Notes: generated by a model from the sequence alone, not told the origin. 64,000 nucleotides of DNA from Candidatus Omnitrophota bacterium (GCA_023248155.1 JAHFFE010000002.1:256864-320863), one strand, 5' to 3'; positions 1 to 10,985 are shown, counted from the first letter of the stretch. Numbers and translations: made by a program.

Positions 1-491
1 GCGGCCTCTACAAATCAAAGACGACGCTGATTTTCATCAACCAGCTGCGCGAAAAAATCGGCGTGATGTACGGCAATCCGGAAACCACGCCCGGCGGCCG
101 TGCGCTGAAATTTTACGCGTCGGTGCGGCTGGATATCCGCCGCATCGAGCATATCAAACAGGGCGATGTCGTGACCGGCAGCCGCGTGCGCGTGCGCGTG
201 GTCAAGAACAAGGTGGCGCCGCCGTTCCGGCAGGCCGAGTTTGAACTGCTGCACGAAGAAGGCATCTCGAAGATCGGTGATCTAATCGAGATAGGAACGG
301 CTACCGGTGTTTTGCAGAAATCCGGAACCTGGCTGACCTACGGCGAGGTAAAGCTCGGGCAGGGCAAAGACAACGCCCGCAATTACCTGAAGGAAAATCC
401 CAGCTTGCTGTCGGAGCTGGAAGTAAAGGTTCGGGAAAAATTCAGCGCCGGCAATCAGCCGATAGCGACGGCTCCCAGTTCGTCGGGCTGA
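1..491 (+). CDS. recA: Recombinase RecA, C-terminal part (5' end lies upstream of the window)
   Basis: The frame is open from position 3. The translation reads ...[38 protein letters not shown]..., the conserved RecA C-terminal region. The stop codon is at 489-491. Confidence 0.9.
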   Translation, partial: GLYKSKTTLIFINQLREKIGVMYGNPETTPGGRALKFYASVRLDIRRIEHIKQGDVVTGSRVRVRVVKNKVAPPFRQAEFELLHEEGISKIGDLIEIGTATGVLQKSGTWLTYGEVKLGQGKDNARNYLKENPSLLSELEVKVREKFSAGNQPIATAPSSSG

Positions 492-540
492 GCCTGATTG
501 GTTAAAACGGATTTGATATAAATCCGGTTACAAAAAGAGA

Positions 541-581
541 CAGCGTGTCGTGGCAGAAGTACCGCCCGGCACGCTGTTTTA
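541..581 (+). terminator. Possible intrinsic terminator after recA
   Basis: A 7-bp stem (cagcgtg / cacgctg) encloses a long loop and is followed by tttt. Weak. Confidence 0.3.
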
Positions 582-605
582 CTCCGGGGAATAAAGGATA
601 AAAGA

Positions 606-2063
606 ATGAGAAAACAAAAAATTCTTTCGATCTGCGCGCTCGTCTTATCGGGCGCGTTGGTTTTTTTTGCGGTTCCGCTGCGCGCCGAAGACGTCATGGT
701 TGTGCCCAGCCTGGCTGAACAATTGCAGAACCAGTTTACCGATGTGGCCAAAAAAGTCGGCCCGGCGGTTGTTTCGATTTCAACCGAAGTAGTACAGCGC
801 GTCCCGATGCGGCAGTATCCGTTCGGCGAATCGGTCGAGGGCGGCAATCCCGATGAGTTGTTCGACCAGTTTTTGCGCGACTTTTTTGGCGAGGCGCCGT
901 CGCGCGAGTTCAAACAGCGCGGTTTGGGAACCGGCGTGATCATCAATTCCAACGGGTATGTGTTGACGAATGAACATGTGGTGCATGGCGCCACGAGCAT
1001 GACCGTGACATTGCCCGACGGCCGCAAATTTGAGGGAACGCTCAAGGCCGCCGATTTTCGTTCCGATCTGGCGGTCATCAAGATCGATGCCAAAGAACTT
1101 CCGGCCGTTGAACTGGGTGATTCGTCGCAGGTGCAATCCGGGCAGTGGGCGATTGCCGTGGGCAATCCGTTTGGGTTCGCCGTCGGCGGAACCGAGCCGA
1201 GCATCACGGTGGGCGTCGTTTCGGCGGTGCACCGCTCCATCCGTATCGGCGGGCCTGACCGCGATTATTCCGACTTGATCCAGACCGACGCGGCGATCAA
1301 TCCGGGCAACAGCGGCGGGCCGCTGGTCGACTTGAATGGAAAAGTGATTGGAATCAATGTGGCGATTTTTTCGACAACCGGCGGGTATCAGGGGATCGGT
1401 TTTGCGATTCCATCCGATACCGTGAAATCGGTCATTGAGAATTTAATCCAGGGCCGCGCCGTCAGTTACGGCTGGATGGGCTTGAATGTGCAGGAAATCA
1501 CCGCCGATCTGCAGCAGCATTTCGGTCTTCAATCCGACGCCGGCGTGATTATCGCCCAGGTGATGCCCGGTTCTCCGGCGCGCAAGGCCGGTCTGAAAGA
1601 CGGCGACGTGATTACCGAATGGAACGGCGAGCCGATCCGCAATGTGCCAGATCTGCTGGCGCGGGTTTCCAAAGCGCGCGTCGGACAAAATGTACAACTT
1701 AAAATAATCCGGGAAGGCCGGACGATCGATGTAACGGCCGAAGTCGGGCCCCGGCCGCTGCAGCAGGAAATGCCTTCTCCGAAGGGCGGTCTTGTTTGGC
1801 GCGGGTTGCGCGTGACCGCGTTAACGCCGGAATTGGCGCGCCAATACCAGTGGGGGCCGCAGCAGCTCGGCGGCGTGGTCGTGATTGACGTCGAGGAAAA
1901 TTCGCCGGCCCAGCGCGCCGGTCTGCAGGTCGGCGATCTGATTCTGGAACTCGACCGCCAGCCGGTCGCGTCAGTGGAGGAGTTTCAATCGCTGGCCGGG
2001 AAGAAAAACAAAGAGGATCTGTTGGTCAAGACCTCGCGCGGATTTTTTGTTTTGCGTGAATGA
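606..2063 (+). CDS. Periplasmic trypsin-like serine protease of the HtrA/DegP/DegQ family with two PDZ domains
   Basis: N-terminal signal peptide. Catalytic motifs HVV...DLAVIKI...GNSGGPL are present. Two C-terminal PDZ-like segments. RBS aaagga lies upstream of the ATG at 606. Confidence 0.85.
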   Translation: MRKQKILSICALVLSGALVFFAVPLRAEDVMVVPSLAEQLQNQFTDVAKKVGPAVVSISTEVVQRVPMRQYPFGESVEGGNPDELFDQFLRDFFGEAPSREFKQRGLGTGVIINSNGYVLTNEHVVHGATSMTVTLPDGRKFEGTLKAADFRSDLAVIKIDAKELPAVELGDSSQVQSGQWAIAVGNPFGFAVGGTEPSITVGVVSAVHRSIRIGGPDRDYSDLIQTDAAINPGNSGGPLVDLNGKVIGINVAIFSTTGGYQGIGFAIPSDTVKSVIENLIQGRAVSYGWMGLNVQEITADLQQHFGLQSDAGVIIAQVMPGSPARKAGLKDGDVITEWNGEPIRNVPDLLARVSKARVGQNVQLKIIREGRTIDVTAEVGPRPLQQEMPSPKGGLVWRGLRVTALTPELARQYQWGPQQLGGVVVIDVEENSPAQRAGLQVGDLILELDRQPVASVEEFQSLAGKKNKEDLLVKTSRGFFVLRE

Positions 2064-2548
2064 TGGACACGCTCGAAGAGGATATTAAGCAGGCACGCTT
2101 CAAGGCGTTTAATCTTCTGAAATTCCGTTTGCGCAGTGAGAAAGAATTGCGTCAGCGGCTGGCCGAAAAAGGGTTTTCAGACACGGTGCTCGACCGGCTC
2201 ATGGAAGATTTAAAGGCCAAAGGGTTTCTGGACGACGCGAAACTGGCACGGCTGATGGCCGCGCAGAAAGTCGCGTTTAAGCCGGTGGGCCGGCGGTTGA
2301 TGCTCGCGCAATTAAAAGCCAAAGGGATTGACGCGTCGCTGGCGCAAAACGCGATTGAGACCGAAACGGCCGGGCAGGATGAAGCCGCCGTGGTTCGCGA
2401 ACTGGCCCGGAAGAAATTTTCCAGTATGAAAGGCCTTGAGCCGGCGGCCGCCGAACGGCGGTTGATCGGTTTTCTGGCGCGGCGCGGATTTCCGGCCAGC
2501 GTGGTTTACCGCGTGGCGCGCGAATTAATTAAAGAGGGAATCGAGTGA
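2060..2548 (+). CDS. recX: RecA regulator RecX
   Basis: 162-aa helical-repeat protein (…FNLLKFRLRSEKELRQRLAEKGF…) positioned between recA and alaS as in the canonical recA-recX-alaS order. The start overlaps the htrA stop. Confidence 0.7.
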   Translation: MMDTLEEDIKQARFKAFNLLKFRLRSEKELRQRLAEKGFSDTVLDRLMEDLKAKGFLDDAKLARLMAAQKVAFKPVGRRLMLAQLKAKGIDASLAQNAIETETAGQDEAAVVRELARKKFSSMKGLEPAAAERRLIGFLARRGFPASVVYRVARELIKEGIE

Positions 2549-5115
2549 CAGGATCGGAATTAAGAAAAAAGTTTCTGGAATTTTTCCGGAGCAAACAGCA
2601 TACGGTGGTTGCCAGCGATTCGCTGGTGCCGGCCAATGATCCGTCGCTGCTGTTCACCGGCGCGGGCATGAACCAGTTCAAGGATAATTTTCTGGGAGTG
2701 AAGCGCGATTTAAAGCGGGCGGCCAGCTGCCAGAAATGCGTTCGCACCGGCGATGTCGACGAAGTCGGCAAGACCGCGTCGCACCTGACCTTTTTTGAAA
2801 TGCTGGGTAATTTTTCGTTCGGCGATTATTTCAAGCCGGAGGCGATCGCCTGGGGCTGGGAGTTTTTGACGAAAGAACTGAAAATTCCGGCCGCAAAATT
2901 ATGCATCTCGGTTTATGAGTCGGACGAAGAAGCGGCCGCGATCTGGGTCGAAAAGATCGGCCTGGCTCCGGATCGGATTTTCCGCTTCGGCGCGAAAGAT
3001 AATTTCTGGCCGTCGAACGCGCCGGCCGACGGACCCAACGGTCCGTGCGGTCCCTGTTCCGAAATCTATTTCGATTATGGCCGGTCGCTGCCGGGCAAGA
3101 TTTGTCCCGACGAAAAGAAATGCAACCCGGCCTGCAAGTGCGGCCGGTTCGTCGAGGTTTGGAATTTGGTTTTCACGCAGTTTGACCGCCAGCCCGATGG
3201 GTCATTGCCGCCGCTGCCGGCCAAGAACATTGATACCGGCATGGGGCTCGAGCGATTGACTGCCGTCATGCAGGACAAGATGGCCGTTTTTGAGACCGAT
3301 TTGTTCGAGCCGATTGTGGCCGAGGTTCGTAAACTGGCTTCCGGTTCCGGCGATCTGCCAAAGCCGATCCTGTATGTGATCGCCGATCATGCGCGCGCGC
3401 TGACCTTTTTAATCGGCGACGGCGTGATTCCGTCCAACGAGAAGCGCGGATATGTGGTGCGCAAACTGTTGCGCAAAGCGGTGGGCGCCGGGCGGACGGT
3501 CGGGATTAATAAACCGTTTCTGCACAAACTAATTCCGGCGGTAATTCAAATTATGAAAGATGCTTATCCGGAACTGGAGAGCCGCCAGAACGCGATTGCG
3601 CAGACCATTTTGTCGGAAGAGGAACGGTTCATTCAGACGCTGGAACAAAAGATGCCGTTGCTGGAAGAAGAGATCCGTTCGTTAAAAGAAAAAGTTCTTC
3701 CGGCCGACCGCGCCGCTCGTTTCTACGATACGAACGGGCTTCCGTATGAATTGATTGCCGAGAGATGCCGTCAGGAAAATGTGAAGCCGCCCTCCGAGGC
3801 CGAATTTGAGAAGGCGCTGGAGGAATTGCAGGTCAAATCAAGAAGCGCCAGCGGGTTCAGTAAAGATATTTTTGCGAAGGATAAGCTGGCCGAACTGCTG
3901 GCCTCAGTGCCGCCAACCCGGTTTTTGGGATATGAAGTAAAACAGAATAAGGCATCGAAAATTCTTTGTTTGGTGGAGAATGAAAAGAAGGTCGATGTGG
4001 TTTTGGATGCCACGCCTTTTTACGGCGAATCGGGCGGGCAGGTGGGCGACACTGGTTTAATCAAAACGCCGGATGCCGAATTAAAAGTGACCGATACGCA
4101 ATGGGTCGGCAAAGTGCTGGTTCATCGCGCGGAACTGGTCCGCGGAAAAATCCGGGAAGGTGATTTGGTTTCTGCCGAGGTAGACCAAGGACAGCGGCAG
4201 AAGACTGCGCGAAATCATACGGCCACGCATCTGCTGCATGCGGCGCTGCGCAAGGTTTTGGGAGAGCATGTGATCCAGGCCGGATCGCTGGTCGCCCCGG
4301 ACCGTTTGCGGTTTGATTTTTCTCACTCGAAAGCATTGACCGCTTCCGAAAAACAGACTGTCGAAGAAATGGTGAATGGCTGGGTGAAATCGGGTTTTCC
4401 GGTTTCGGTCCAGCAGATGCCGGTCGAGCAGGCGAAAAAATCAGGCGCCATGGCGCTGTTCGGCGAGAAATATGCGGCCGATGTGCGCGTCGTCTCGGTC
4501 GGCGGCGTTTCAAAAGAACTGTGCGGCGGTACGCACTTGTCGAACAGCGATGAAATCGGACTGGTCGCGATTGTCGGCGAGGGATCAGTGGCCGCCGGCA
4601 TGCGGCGCATTGAAGCGCTGACCGGAGAACAGGCGCAGGCCTTTTTGAAAGCCGAAACGGTGCGGCAGGGCGAAGAAAAAAAGCGGCTGGCCCAGCATGC
4701 AAAAGAAAAAGAGCAGGAAGCCAAAATTCAGAAAGAAAAAGTAAAAGAAGCACAGGACCAGGTCGGCAAATTGAAGAAGGAACGAATCGGACCGTTTGAT
4801 CTGTTCGCGATCCGGTTCGATCAGCCGATGGATCATTCTGTTCTGCGTCCGGTGGCCGATTCGATCCGGAAATCGGAACCGGAAGCGGTGATCTTTTTAA
4901 CCGATTCGCAGGGGTTTTGTCTGGCCGTCGTCGGTCCTCAAGCCCAGAAGCAGGGGGTTTCCGCCGGACAGTTGATTAAATTGGGAACGCAGATCGCCGG
5001 CGGTTCCGGCGGCGGCAAGGCCGATATCGCGCAGGGCCGGCTTAAAGAGCCGTCCAAAGTTGCCGAACTATTTGAGCGGATGAAGCAAACCCTTCTAGAA
5101 GGAGTGAAAACCTAG
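2545..5115 (+). CDS. alaS: Alanine--tRNA ligase
   Basis: 856 aa. Class II motifs are present, FTGAGMNQFKDNFLG and HTATHLLHAALRKVLGEHVIQAGS, plus a C-terminal DHHA1-like region. Overlaps the recX stop by 4 nt. Confidence 0.95.
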   Translation: MTGSELRKKFLEFFRSKQHTVVASDSLVPANDPSLLFTGAGMNQFKDNFLGVKRDLKRAASCQKCVRTGDVDEVGKTASHLTFFEMLGNFSFGDYFKPEAIAWGWEFLTKELKIPAAKLCISVYESDEEAAAIWVEKIGLAPDRIFRFGAKDNFWPSNAPADGPNGPCGPCSEIYFDYGRSLPGKICPDEKKCNPACKCGRFVEVWNLVFTQFDRQPDGSLPPLPAKNIDTGMGLERLTAVMQDKMAVFETDLFEPIVAEVRKLASGSGDLPKPILYVIADHARALTFLIGDGVIPSNEKRGYVVRKLLRKAVGAGRTVGINKPFLHKLIPAVIQIMKDAYPELESRQNAIAQTILSEEERFIQTLEQKMPLLEEEIRSLKEKVLPADRAARFYDTNGLPYELIAERCRQENVKPPSEAEFEKALEELQVKSRSASGFSKDIFAKDKLAELLASVPPTRFLGYEVKQNKASKILCLVENEKKVDVVLDATPFYGESGGQVGDTGLIKTPDAELKVTDTQWVGKVLVHRAELVRGKIREGDLVSAEVDQGQRQKTARNHTATHLLHAALRKVLGEHVIQAGSLVAPDRLRFDFSHSKALTASEKQTVEEMVNGWVKSGFPVSVQQMPVEQAKKSGAMALFGEKYAADVRVVSVGGVSKELCGGTHLSNSDEIGLVAIVGEGSVAAGMRRIEALTGEQAQAFLKAETVRQGEEKKRLAQHAKEKEQEAKIQKEKVKEAQDQVGKLKKERIGPFDLFAIRFDQPMDHSVLRPVADSIRKSEPEAVIFLTDSQGFCLAVVGPQAQKQGVSAGQLIKLGTQIAGGSGGGKADIAQGRLKEPSKVAELFERMKQTLLEGVKT

Positions 5116-5117
5116 TC

Positions 5118-6356
5118 GTGCGTATTATTCGAGTCAACAGCAGGGAATGGAACAAGCTGGTTCAGCGTGGATTTCTGCGCCGCGTTCGTGTGGAAGAATC
5201 GGTCCGCAAGATTGTCAATTCGGTCCGCTCCGACGGCGATGCGGCCGTGCTGCGCTACACGCGCAAATTCGACAACGTTAAACTGACGCCGCGTACGCTG
5301 AAGGTCAGCGAGGCCGAAATTTCGGCGGCGTTTCAGAACATCGAGCCGAAACTGGTCGCTTCGCTGAAAAAGGTGATCGAGAACATCAACCGGTTTTACA
5401 AGCATTCGGTGAAGAAACCGTGGCGCACGCGTGATGAAAACGGCGTGGTGCTCGGTGAGATCCCGGTTCCGCTCGACCGCGTCGGCGTTTATGTGCCGTC
5501 GGGTACGGCGCCGCTGGTCTCCACCGTTTACATGACCGTGATGCCGGCCAAACTTGCCGGCGTGAAAGAAATTATTCTAGCCACGCCGCCGAAACCGGAC
5601 GGTTCGGTCGATCCGCATATTCTGGCGCTGGCGAACCTGTTGAAGGTGTCGGCCGTTTATAAAATGGGCGGCGCGCAGGCGATCGCCGCGATGGCGTTCG
5701 GCACAAAGACGGTTCCCAAAGTCGACAAGATCGTCGGACCGGGCAACGCGTATGTGACCGAAGCGAAGCGGCAGGTGTTCGGCTATGTCGACATCGACAT
5801 GACGGCCGGCCCGACCGAAATTGCCGTGATCGCCAATCATACGGCCAATCCGGACTATGTGGCGCACGACCTGGCGGCGGAAGGCGAACATCACCAGGGG
5901 CTGTCGATTTTAATCACCACTTCGAAGACACTGGCGAACATCGTTCGTCAGAAAGTGTCGCACGGATATATTGTGATGGCCAAGAATCTCGACGAAGCGG
6001 CTGAGATCGCCAATGCGATTGCGCCCGAACATCTCGAGATTCAGGTGAAGCGGCCCGAGCCGGTGCTGCGCAAGATTCGGCATGCCGGCGCGGTATTTAT
6101 CGGTGATTATTCGCCGGCGTCGGTGGGCGATTACGCAGCCGGTCCCAGCCATGTGCTTCCGACGGGCGGCACGGCCCGCTTTTTCTCGGGACTGGGCACG
6201 CGGGAATTTATAAAAACATTGCACCTGATCAGCTATACGAAGAAGGCGCTCGAGAACGACCGCGATATGATCGAACGGTTGGCCAAGATTGAAGGATTGA
6301 TCAAACATTGGGAATCGGTGCGCGTGCGGTTTGACAAAGACGACCAGGGGAAATAA
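5118..6356 (+). CDS. hisD: Histidinol dehydrogenase
   Basis: 412 aa with the HisD conserved region (…GPGNAYVTEAKRQVFG…IDMTAGPTEIAVIA…). GTG start lies 2 nt after the alaS stop. Confidence 0.9.
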   Translation: MRIIRVNSREWNKLVQRGFLRRVRVEESVRKIVNSVRSDGDAAVLRYTRKFDNVKLTPRTLKVSEAEISAAFQNIEPKLVASLKKVIENINRFYKHSVKKPWRTRDENGVVLGEIPVPLDRVGVYVPSGTAPLVSTVYMTVMPAKLAGVKEIILATPPKPDGSVDPHILALANLLKVSAVYKMGGAQAIAAMAFGTKTVPKVDKIVGPGNAYVTEAKRQVFGYVDIDMTAGPTEIAVIANHTANPDYVAHDLAAEGEHHQGLSILITTSKTLANIVRQKVSHGYIVMAKNLDEAAEIANAIAPEHLEIQVKRPEPVLRKIRHAGAVFIGDYSPASVGDYAAGPSHVLPTGGTARFFSGLGTREFIKTLHLISYTKKALENDRDMIERLAKIEGLIKHWESVRVRFDKDDQGK

Positions 6357-6363
6357 TAAACCA

Positions 6364-7002
6364 ATGAAATCACGCAAAGCAAAAATCATCCGGGACACGA
6401 GCGAAGTTCGCATTCAGGGGACCATCAACCTGGACGGGACGGGGAAATATTCCGTTTCGACCGGCATCCGGTTTTTGGATCATATGCTGGAACTGTTCGC
6501 CAAGCATGGTTTATTCGATATCACGCTGCGTGCCAAGGGCGATATGGACATCGATCTGCACCACACCAACGAAGATGTCGGGTTGGCGCTCGGCGAAGCG
6601 TTTAAGAAAGCGCTGGGCGACAAAAAAGGAATCCGCCGGATGGGCGCCTGCTATGTTCCGATGGATGAGACGCTCTCGCGCGTGCGCGCCGTCGTCGACA
6701 TCAGCGGACGGCCGCACATGGATTTCGGCTGGGCGGCAGGCCAGAAAGAGGCGCTCTACACGCACGGCCGTACCAAAGCGCTGCGCCGCGTTCCGTACGA
6801 TCTGGCCGACACCAAACATTTCCTGGAAAGTTTTTCCGCGAAAAGCGGTGTCACGCTGCATGTCGATGTGTTGAAGGCCGGCGGCGATATCCATCACTTG
6901 CTGGAGTCGGTCTTTAAGGCCTGGGCCCGCGCGATGCGGCAGGCCGTCGAAGTCGATTCCCGCGGGCGCGGAATTCTTCCCTCGACGAAGGGCAAACTGT
7001 AA
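6364..7002 (+). CDS. hisB: Imidazoleglycerol-phosphate dehydratase
   Basis: MKSRKAKIIRDTSEVRIQGTINLDGTGKYSVSTGIRFLDHML… is a typical IGPD N-terminus. ATG at 6364. The track ORF begins at 6331, inside hisD. Confidence 0.9.
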   Translation: MKSRKAKIIRDTSEVRIQGTINLDGTGKYSVSTGIRFLDHMLELFAKHGLFDITLRAKGDMDIDLHHTNEDVGLALGEAFKKALGDKKGIRRMGACYVPMDETLSRVRAVVDISGRPHMDFGWAAGQKEALYTHGRTKALRRVPYDLADTKHFLESFSAKSGVTLHVDVLKAGGDIHHLLESVFKAWARAMRQAVEVDSRGRGILPSTKGKL

Positions 7003-7006
7003 TCGG

Positions 7007-7624
7007 ATGATTGTTATTGTCGATTATGGAATGGGGAATCTTTCCTCGGTCCGCAAAGCGTTTCAGTTTCTGAAGGTTCCGGCAAAAATTAGTTCGGACC
7101 CGAAGCAGGTGGCACGCGCGCAGGCGCTGGTGCTGCCGGGCGTTGGCGCGTTCGGCGAGGCAATGACCGAATTGCGAAAACGGAAACTGATCGAACCGCT
7201 GCGCGAAGCGGTGAATGCAGGGAAGCCGTTTCTGGGGATCTGCCTGGGTCTGCAGCTGTTGTTCGAATCGAGCGAGGAATCGCCGCGCGTGAAAGGGCTG
7301 GCGCTTTTGCCGGGCCGCGTGAAGCGGTTTTCGCGCGCGAGCGGTTTGAAAATACCGCAGATGGGCTGGAACCAGATCGAGAAATCATCGGCGCGGGATC
7401 CGCTGCTGAAGGGAATTCCGGACAACTCCTTTTTTTATTTTGTGCACGGCTATTACGCCGTTCCGTCAAAGCGTTCACAGGTTTTGGCGTCGACGCGCTA
7501 CAGCGAACGGTTTCCATCGATTGTTTCGAATGGGAAAAATTTATGGGCGACGCAGTTCCACCCGGAGAAAAGCCAGAAATGGGGTTTGAAATTGCTGCGT
7601 AATTTCGGGGAGATCGCGCGATGA
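7007..7624 (+). CDS. hisH: Imidazole glycerol phosphate synthase, glutamine amidotransferase subunit
   Basis: MIVIVDYGMGNLSSV…GICLGLQLL…HPEKS are class-I GATase motifs. Confidence 0.9.
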   Translation: MIVIVDYGMGNLSSVRKAFQFLKVPAKISSDPKQVARAQALVLPGVGAFGEAMTELRKRKLIEPLREAVNAGKPFLGICLGLQLLFESSEESPRVKGLALLPGRVKRFSRASGLKIPQMGWNQIEKSSARDPLLKGIPDNSFFYFVHGYYAVPSKRSQVLASTRYSERFPSIVSNGKNLWATQFHPEKSQKWGLKLLRNFGEIAR

Positions 7625-8376
7625 TCGTTATTCCGGCCATTGATATGCGCGGCGGAAAAGTGGTCCGCCTGATTCAGGGTGATTTCTCGAAACAGATCAC
7701 CTACGGCGATGATCCCGTCGCGGTGGCGCGGCAATGGGCTGAGGCCGGCGCGCAGCGCCTGCACTTGGTTGATCTCGACGGCGCAAAAACAGGAACGCCG
7801 CATCATCTGCAGCAGGTCTCCGAGATCGCGAAAGCGGTGAAGGTTCCGGTGCAGATCGGCGGAGGGATCCGCAGTTTCGAAACGATCGACGATTATTTGA
7901 AAGCCGGCGTGGCCTCCGTGATTTTGGGAACTAAAGCCTGCATGGACAAGCCGTTCATGGATGAGGTGGCGAAAAGGTATTCAGGATATATCGCGGCAGC
8001 CGTTGACGTGAAAGAGGGCCGCGTTTCCGTGGAAGGCTGGGCGGCGCAGGGCGGGCTGTTGGCCGATCAGGCGGTGGAACAATTGTTAGAGCAGGGCGTC
8101 GGCACGATCATTTACACCGAGATCGCGCGCGACGGCATGATGAACGGTCCGGCGATTGAGCGGTACAAGCAGCTGCTGGGCCTGATCAAGAAACGGGCGC
8201 GGCTGATCGCATCGGGCGGCATTCATTCTCTGGACGATTTATTGAAACTGAAAGAACTGGAACCGGAAGGATTATGGGGCGCGATCACCGGCCGCGCGCT
8301 GTACGACGGAAAAATTAACCTGAAAGAAGCCATTCAAAAATGTTCGCCAAGCGGATCATTCCCTGCCTCGACATAA
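7621..8376 (+). CDS. hisA: ProFAR isomerase
   Basis: [22 protein letters not shown]… is the HisA N-terminus. Overlaps the hisH stop. Confidence 0.9.
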   Translation: MIVIPAIDMRGGKVVRLIQGDFSKQITYGDDPVAVARQWAEAGAQRLHLVDLDGAKTGTPHHLQQVSEIAKAVKVPVQIGGGIRSFETIDDYLKAGVASVILGTKACMDKPFMDEVAKRYSGYIAAAVDVKEGRVSVEGWAAQGGLLADQAVEQLLEQGVGTIIYTEIARDGMMNGPAIERYKQLLGLIKKRARLIASGGIHSLDDLLKLKELEPEGLWGAITGRALYDGKINLKEAIQKCSPSGSFPAST

Positions 8377-9107
8377 AAAACGGGCGGGTCGTTAAAGGGA
8401 TCCGGTTTCTGAAACTGAAAGACGCCGGAGATCCGGTCGAGACGGCGCGCCGCTACGAACAGCAGGGCGCCGATGAGCTGGTTTTTCTCGATATTACGGC
8501 GTCGGCGCATGGGCGCAAGACGCGCGCGCAGCTGGCCAAACGCGTTTCGGAAGTATTGTTCATTCCGTTTACGGTCGGCGGCGGCATTAGTTCCGTTGAA
8601 GAGATGCGCGCGCTGTTGTCGCAGGGGTGCGACAAGATTTCGATCAATTCGTCCGCCGTGAAACGGCCGGCGTTGATTACCGAAGGTGCGCGCCGTTTCG
8701 GAAGCCAGTGCATCGTGGTGGCGATTGATGCCCGCAAAAAAGGAAAGCGCTGGGAAGTGTTCGTGCATGGCGGCCGCACGCCGACCGGCAAAGATGCGGT
8801 GGCCTGGGCGAAGGAAGCCGAGAAGCGCGGCGCCGGCGAGATTCTGCTGACTTCGATGGATCAGGACGGCATGAAGAACGGCTATGATCTTGAATTAACG
8901 CGCGCCGTGTCGCGCGCCGTGAATATTCCGGTGATCGCCTCGGGCGGCGCCGGGAATTTAAAGCATCTGGCCGACGCGTTTACGAAAGCGCGCGCCGACG
9001 CGGTGCTGGCGGCATCGATTTTTCATTTCGGAACGTTTACCGTTCCGCAGGCAAAACGGTATTTGAAGCGGCGGGGGATTCCCGTCCGAATTGAGGAGCG
9101 AGCATGA
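8340..9107 (+). CDS. hisF: Imidazole glycerol phosphate synthase, cyclase subunit
   Basis: [20 protein letters not shown]… is the HisF N-terminus. Overlaps the hisA 3' end by 37 nt. Confidence 0.9.
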   Translation: MFAKRIIPCLDIKNGRVVKGIRFLKLKDAGDPVETARRYEQQGADELVFLDITASAHGRKTRAQLAKRVSEVLFIPFTVGGGISSVEEMRALLSQGCDKISINSSAVKRPALITEGARRFGSQCIVVAIDARKKGKRWEVFVHGGRTPTGKDAVAWAKEAEKRGAGEILLTSMDQDGMKNGYDLELTRAVSRAVNIPVIASGGAGNLKHLADAFTKARADAVLAASIFHFGTFTVPQAKRYLKRRGIPVRIEERA

Positions 9108-9493
9108 AAAAAACATGGGTGGATGAAATCAAATTCGATTCCAACGGACTGGTGCCGGCGATCATTCAGGATTTCAAGACGGGCCAGGTATTGATGGTTG
9201 CTTACATGAACCGTGAAGCGGTGTTAAAAACACTTTCGACGAAGAAAGCGCACTTCTATTCGCGGTCGCGGCAGAAGCTATGGCTCAAAGGCGAAAGCTC
9301 CGGCCATGTCCAGAAAGTAAAATCAATTTCATTTGATTGCGACGGCGATGCGATTCTCGTGAAGGCCCAGCAGATCGGCGGCGCCTGCCACACCGGTTAT
9401 CGCACCTGTTTTTACCGCGTGCTCGATTCAAAAAAGAAATGGAAAGAAACAGGCAAAAAACTGTTTGATCCGGACAAGGTCTATAAAAAATAG
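9104..9493 (+). CDS. hisI: Phosphoribosyl-AMP cyclohydrolase (monofunctional HisI, no HisE domain)
   Basis: 129 aa. …[30 protein letters not shown]…CDGDAILV… is a PRA-CH domain only. Confidence 0.85.
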   Translation: MKKTWVDEIKFDSNGLVPAIIQDFKTGQVLMVAYMNREAVLKTLSTKKAHFYSRSRQKLWLKGESSGHVQKVKSISFDCDGDAILVKAQQIGGACHTGYRTCFYRVLDSKKKWKETGKKLFDPDKVYKK

Positions 9494-9497
9494 AACA

Positions 9498-10985
9498 ATG
9501 AAAGCGGCAAAAGTTTACCCATCAGCGGAACAGTTCGCAAAGTTGGCGAAGAAAGGGAATCTGGTCCCGGTTTGGACCGAGATCCCGGCCGACTTCGATA
9601 CGCCGCTGTCCGCTTATTTAAAACTGGAAGGAACCGGCCCGGCTTATTTATTGGAATCGGTAGAGCAGGGCGAGAAACTGGGCCGTTATTCATTTTTGGG
9701 CTCTTCGCCGCGATGGATTCTGGAATCAAAGGGCCGGCAGATGTCGCTGCGCGAAGGAAAGAAAATCCGGCGTTGGACGACCGCTTCCGATCCGCTGCGT
9801 GAACTGGAACTGTTGCTGGGCCGTTACCGTGCCGTTGAGACCGAAGGATTGCCCCGGTTTTCGGGAGGCGTGGTCGGTTATGCCGGTTATGAAATGGTCC
9901 GTTTTCTGGAACCGGTCGGTGCGGCGAAAAAAGACAAATTGGGCGTGCCCGACAGCATCTGGATGCTGAGCGATTCGGTGGTGGTTTTCGATCATGTCGA
10001 GCGCCGCATGAAACTGGTGGTCAACGCGTTGATTTCCGATGATCCCGCGCGTGCTTATCGCCAGGCGGTTCAAACGCTCAACCGGCTCACGCTGAAAATG
10101 AAAACGCCGCTGCGGTCTTCGGCTGCGCGCAAACCGGCGGCTGCTTCAAAGAAAGTCGCATCCAATTTAAGCAAGGCCGCTTTCGTGAAAGCGGTACGCG
10201 AAGCGAAGAAGGCGATTTCGGCCGGCGAGATTATTCAGGTGGTTTTGTCGCAGCGGTTTTCGCGGCGGGCATCGGTTCCGGCGTTCGATATTTACCGCGC
10301 GCTGCGGTCGATCAATCCGTCGCCTTATATGTTTTATCTGAACCTGGGCTCGTTCGCGCTGGCCGGAACTTCTCCTGAAATTCTGGTCCGGTGCGAAGAG
10401 GGTGTTGTGGAAACGCGCCCGATTGCCGGCACGCGCCGCCGCGGCAAAACAGCCGCCGCCGATTTGCAGATTGAACAGGGACTTAAGCGCGACCCGAAAG
10501 AACGGGCCGAGCATTTGATGCTGGCTGATCTGGGCCGCAATGACATCGGCCGCGTCTGCGAATATGGTTCGGTGAAACTGAGCGATTGGATGTCGGTCGA
10601 GCGCTACTCGCATGTGATGCATCTGGTCAGCAGTGTCGTCGGGAAATTGCGCAAAGGATTCACGGCGTTTGATGTTTTGCGCGCCGCGTTCCCGGCCGGC
10701 ACCGTGTCGGGCGCTCCGAAAGTGCGCGCGATGCAGATCATCAACGAATTGGAACCGGACGCGCGCGGGCCGTACGCCGGCGCCGTCGGCTACATTGGAT
10801 TTTCCGGAAACCTCGACACCTGCATTACGATTCGCACGGTGCTGGTGAAAAATAAAATCGCATCGGTGCAGGCAGGCGCCGGCATCGTGGCCGATTCCAA
10901 GCCGGAGCGGGAATATCAGGAAACGTGCAACAAGGCGGCCGGCATGCTGCGCGCCATTGATCTGGCGCAACGGGGACAATCGTAA
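9498..10985 (+). CDS. trpE: Anthranilate synthase component I
   Basis: The ATG at 9498 gives MKAAKVYPS…. The C-terminal chorismate-binding region (…GAVGYIGFSGNLDTCITIRT…) is present. Begins 4 nt after hisI, fusing the his and trp gene strings. Confidence 0.9.
   Translation: MKAAKVYPSAEQFAKLAKKGNLVPVWTEIPADFDTPLSAYLKLEGTGPAYLLESVEQGEKLGRYSFLGSSPRWILESKGRQMSLREGKKIRRWTTASDPLRELELLLGRYRAVETEGLPRFSGGVVGYAGYEMVRFLEPVGAAKKDKLGVPDSIWMLSDSVVVFDHVERRMKLVVNALISDDPARAYRQAVQTLNRLTLKMKTPLRSSAARKPAAASKKVASNLSKAAFVKAVREAKKAISAGEIIQVVLSQRFSRRASVPAFDIYRALRSINPSPYMFYLNLGSFALAGTSPEILVRCEEGVVETRPIAGTRRRGKTAAADLQIEQGLKRDPKERAEHLMLADLGRNDIGRVCEYGSVKLSDWMSVERYSHVMHLVSSVVGKLRKGFTAFDVLRAAFPAGTVSGAPKVRAMQIINELEPDARGPYAGAVGYIGFSGNLDTCITIRTVLVKNKIASVQAGAGIVADSKPEREYQETCNKAAGMLRAIDLAQRGQS

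Noticed and set aside
494-530. Hairpin aacggattt…aaatccggtt directly after the recA stop.
   Set aside because: The stem is imperfect and no T-run follows. The better terminator candidate is the downstream hairpin plus TTTT at 541-581.
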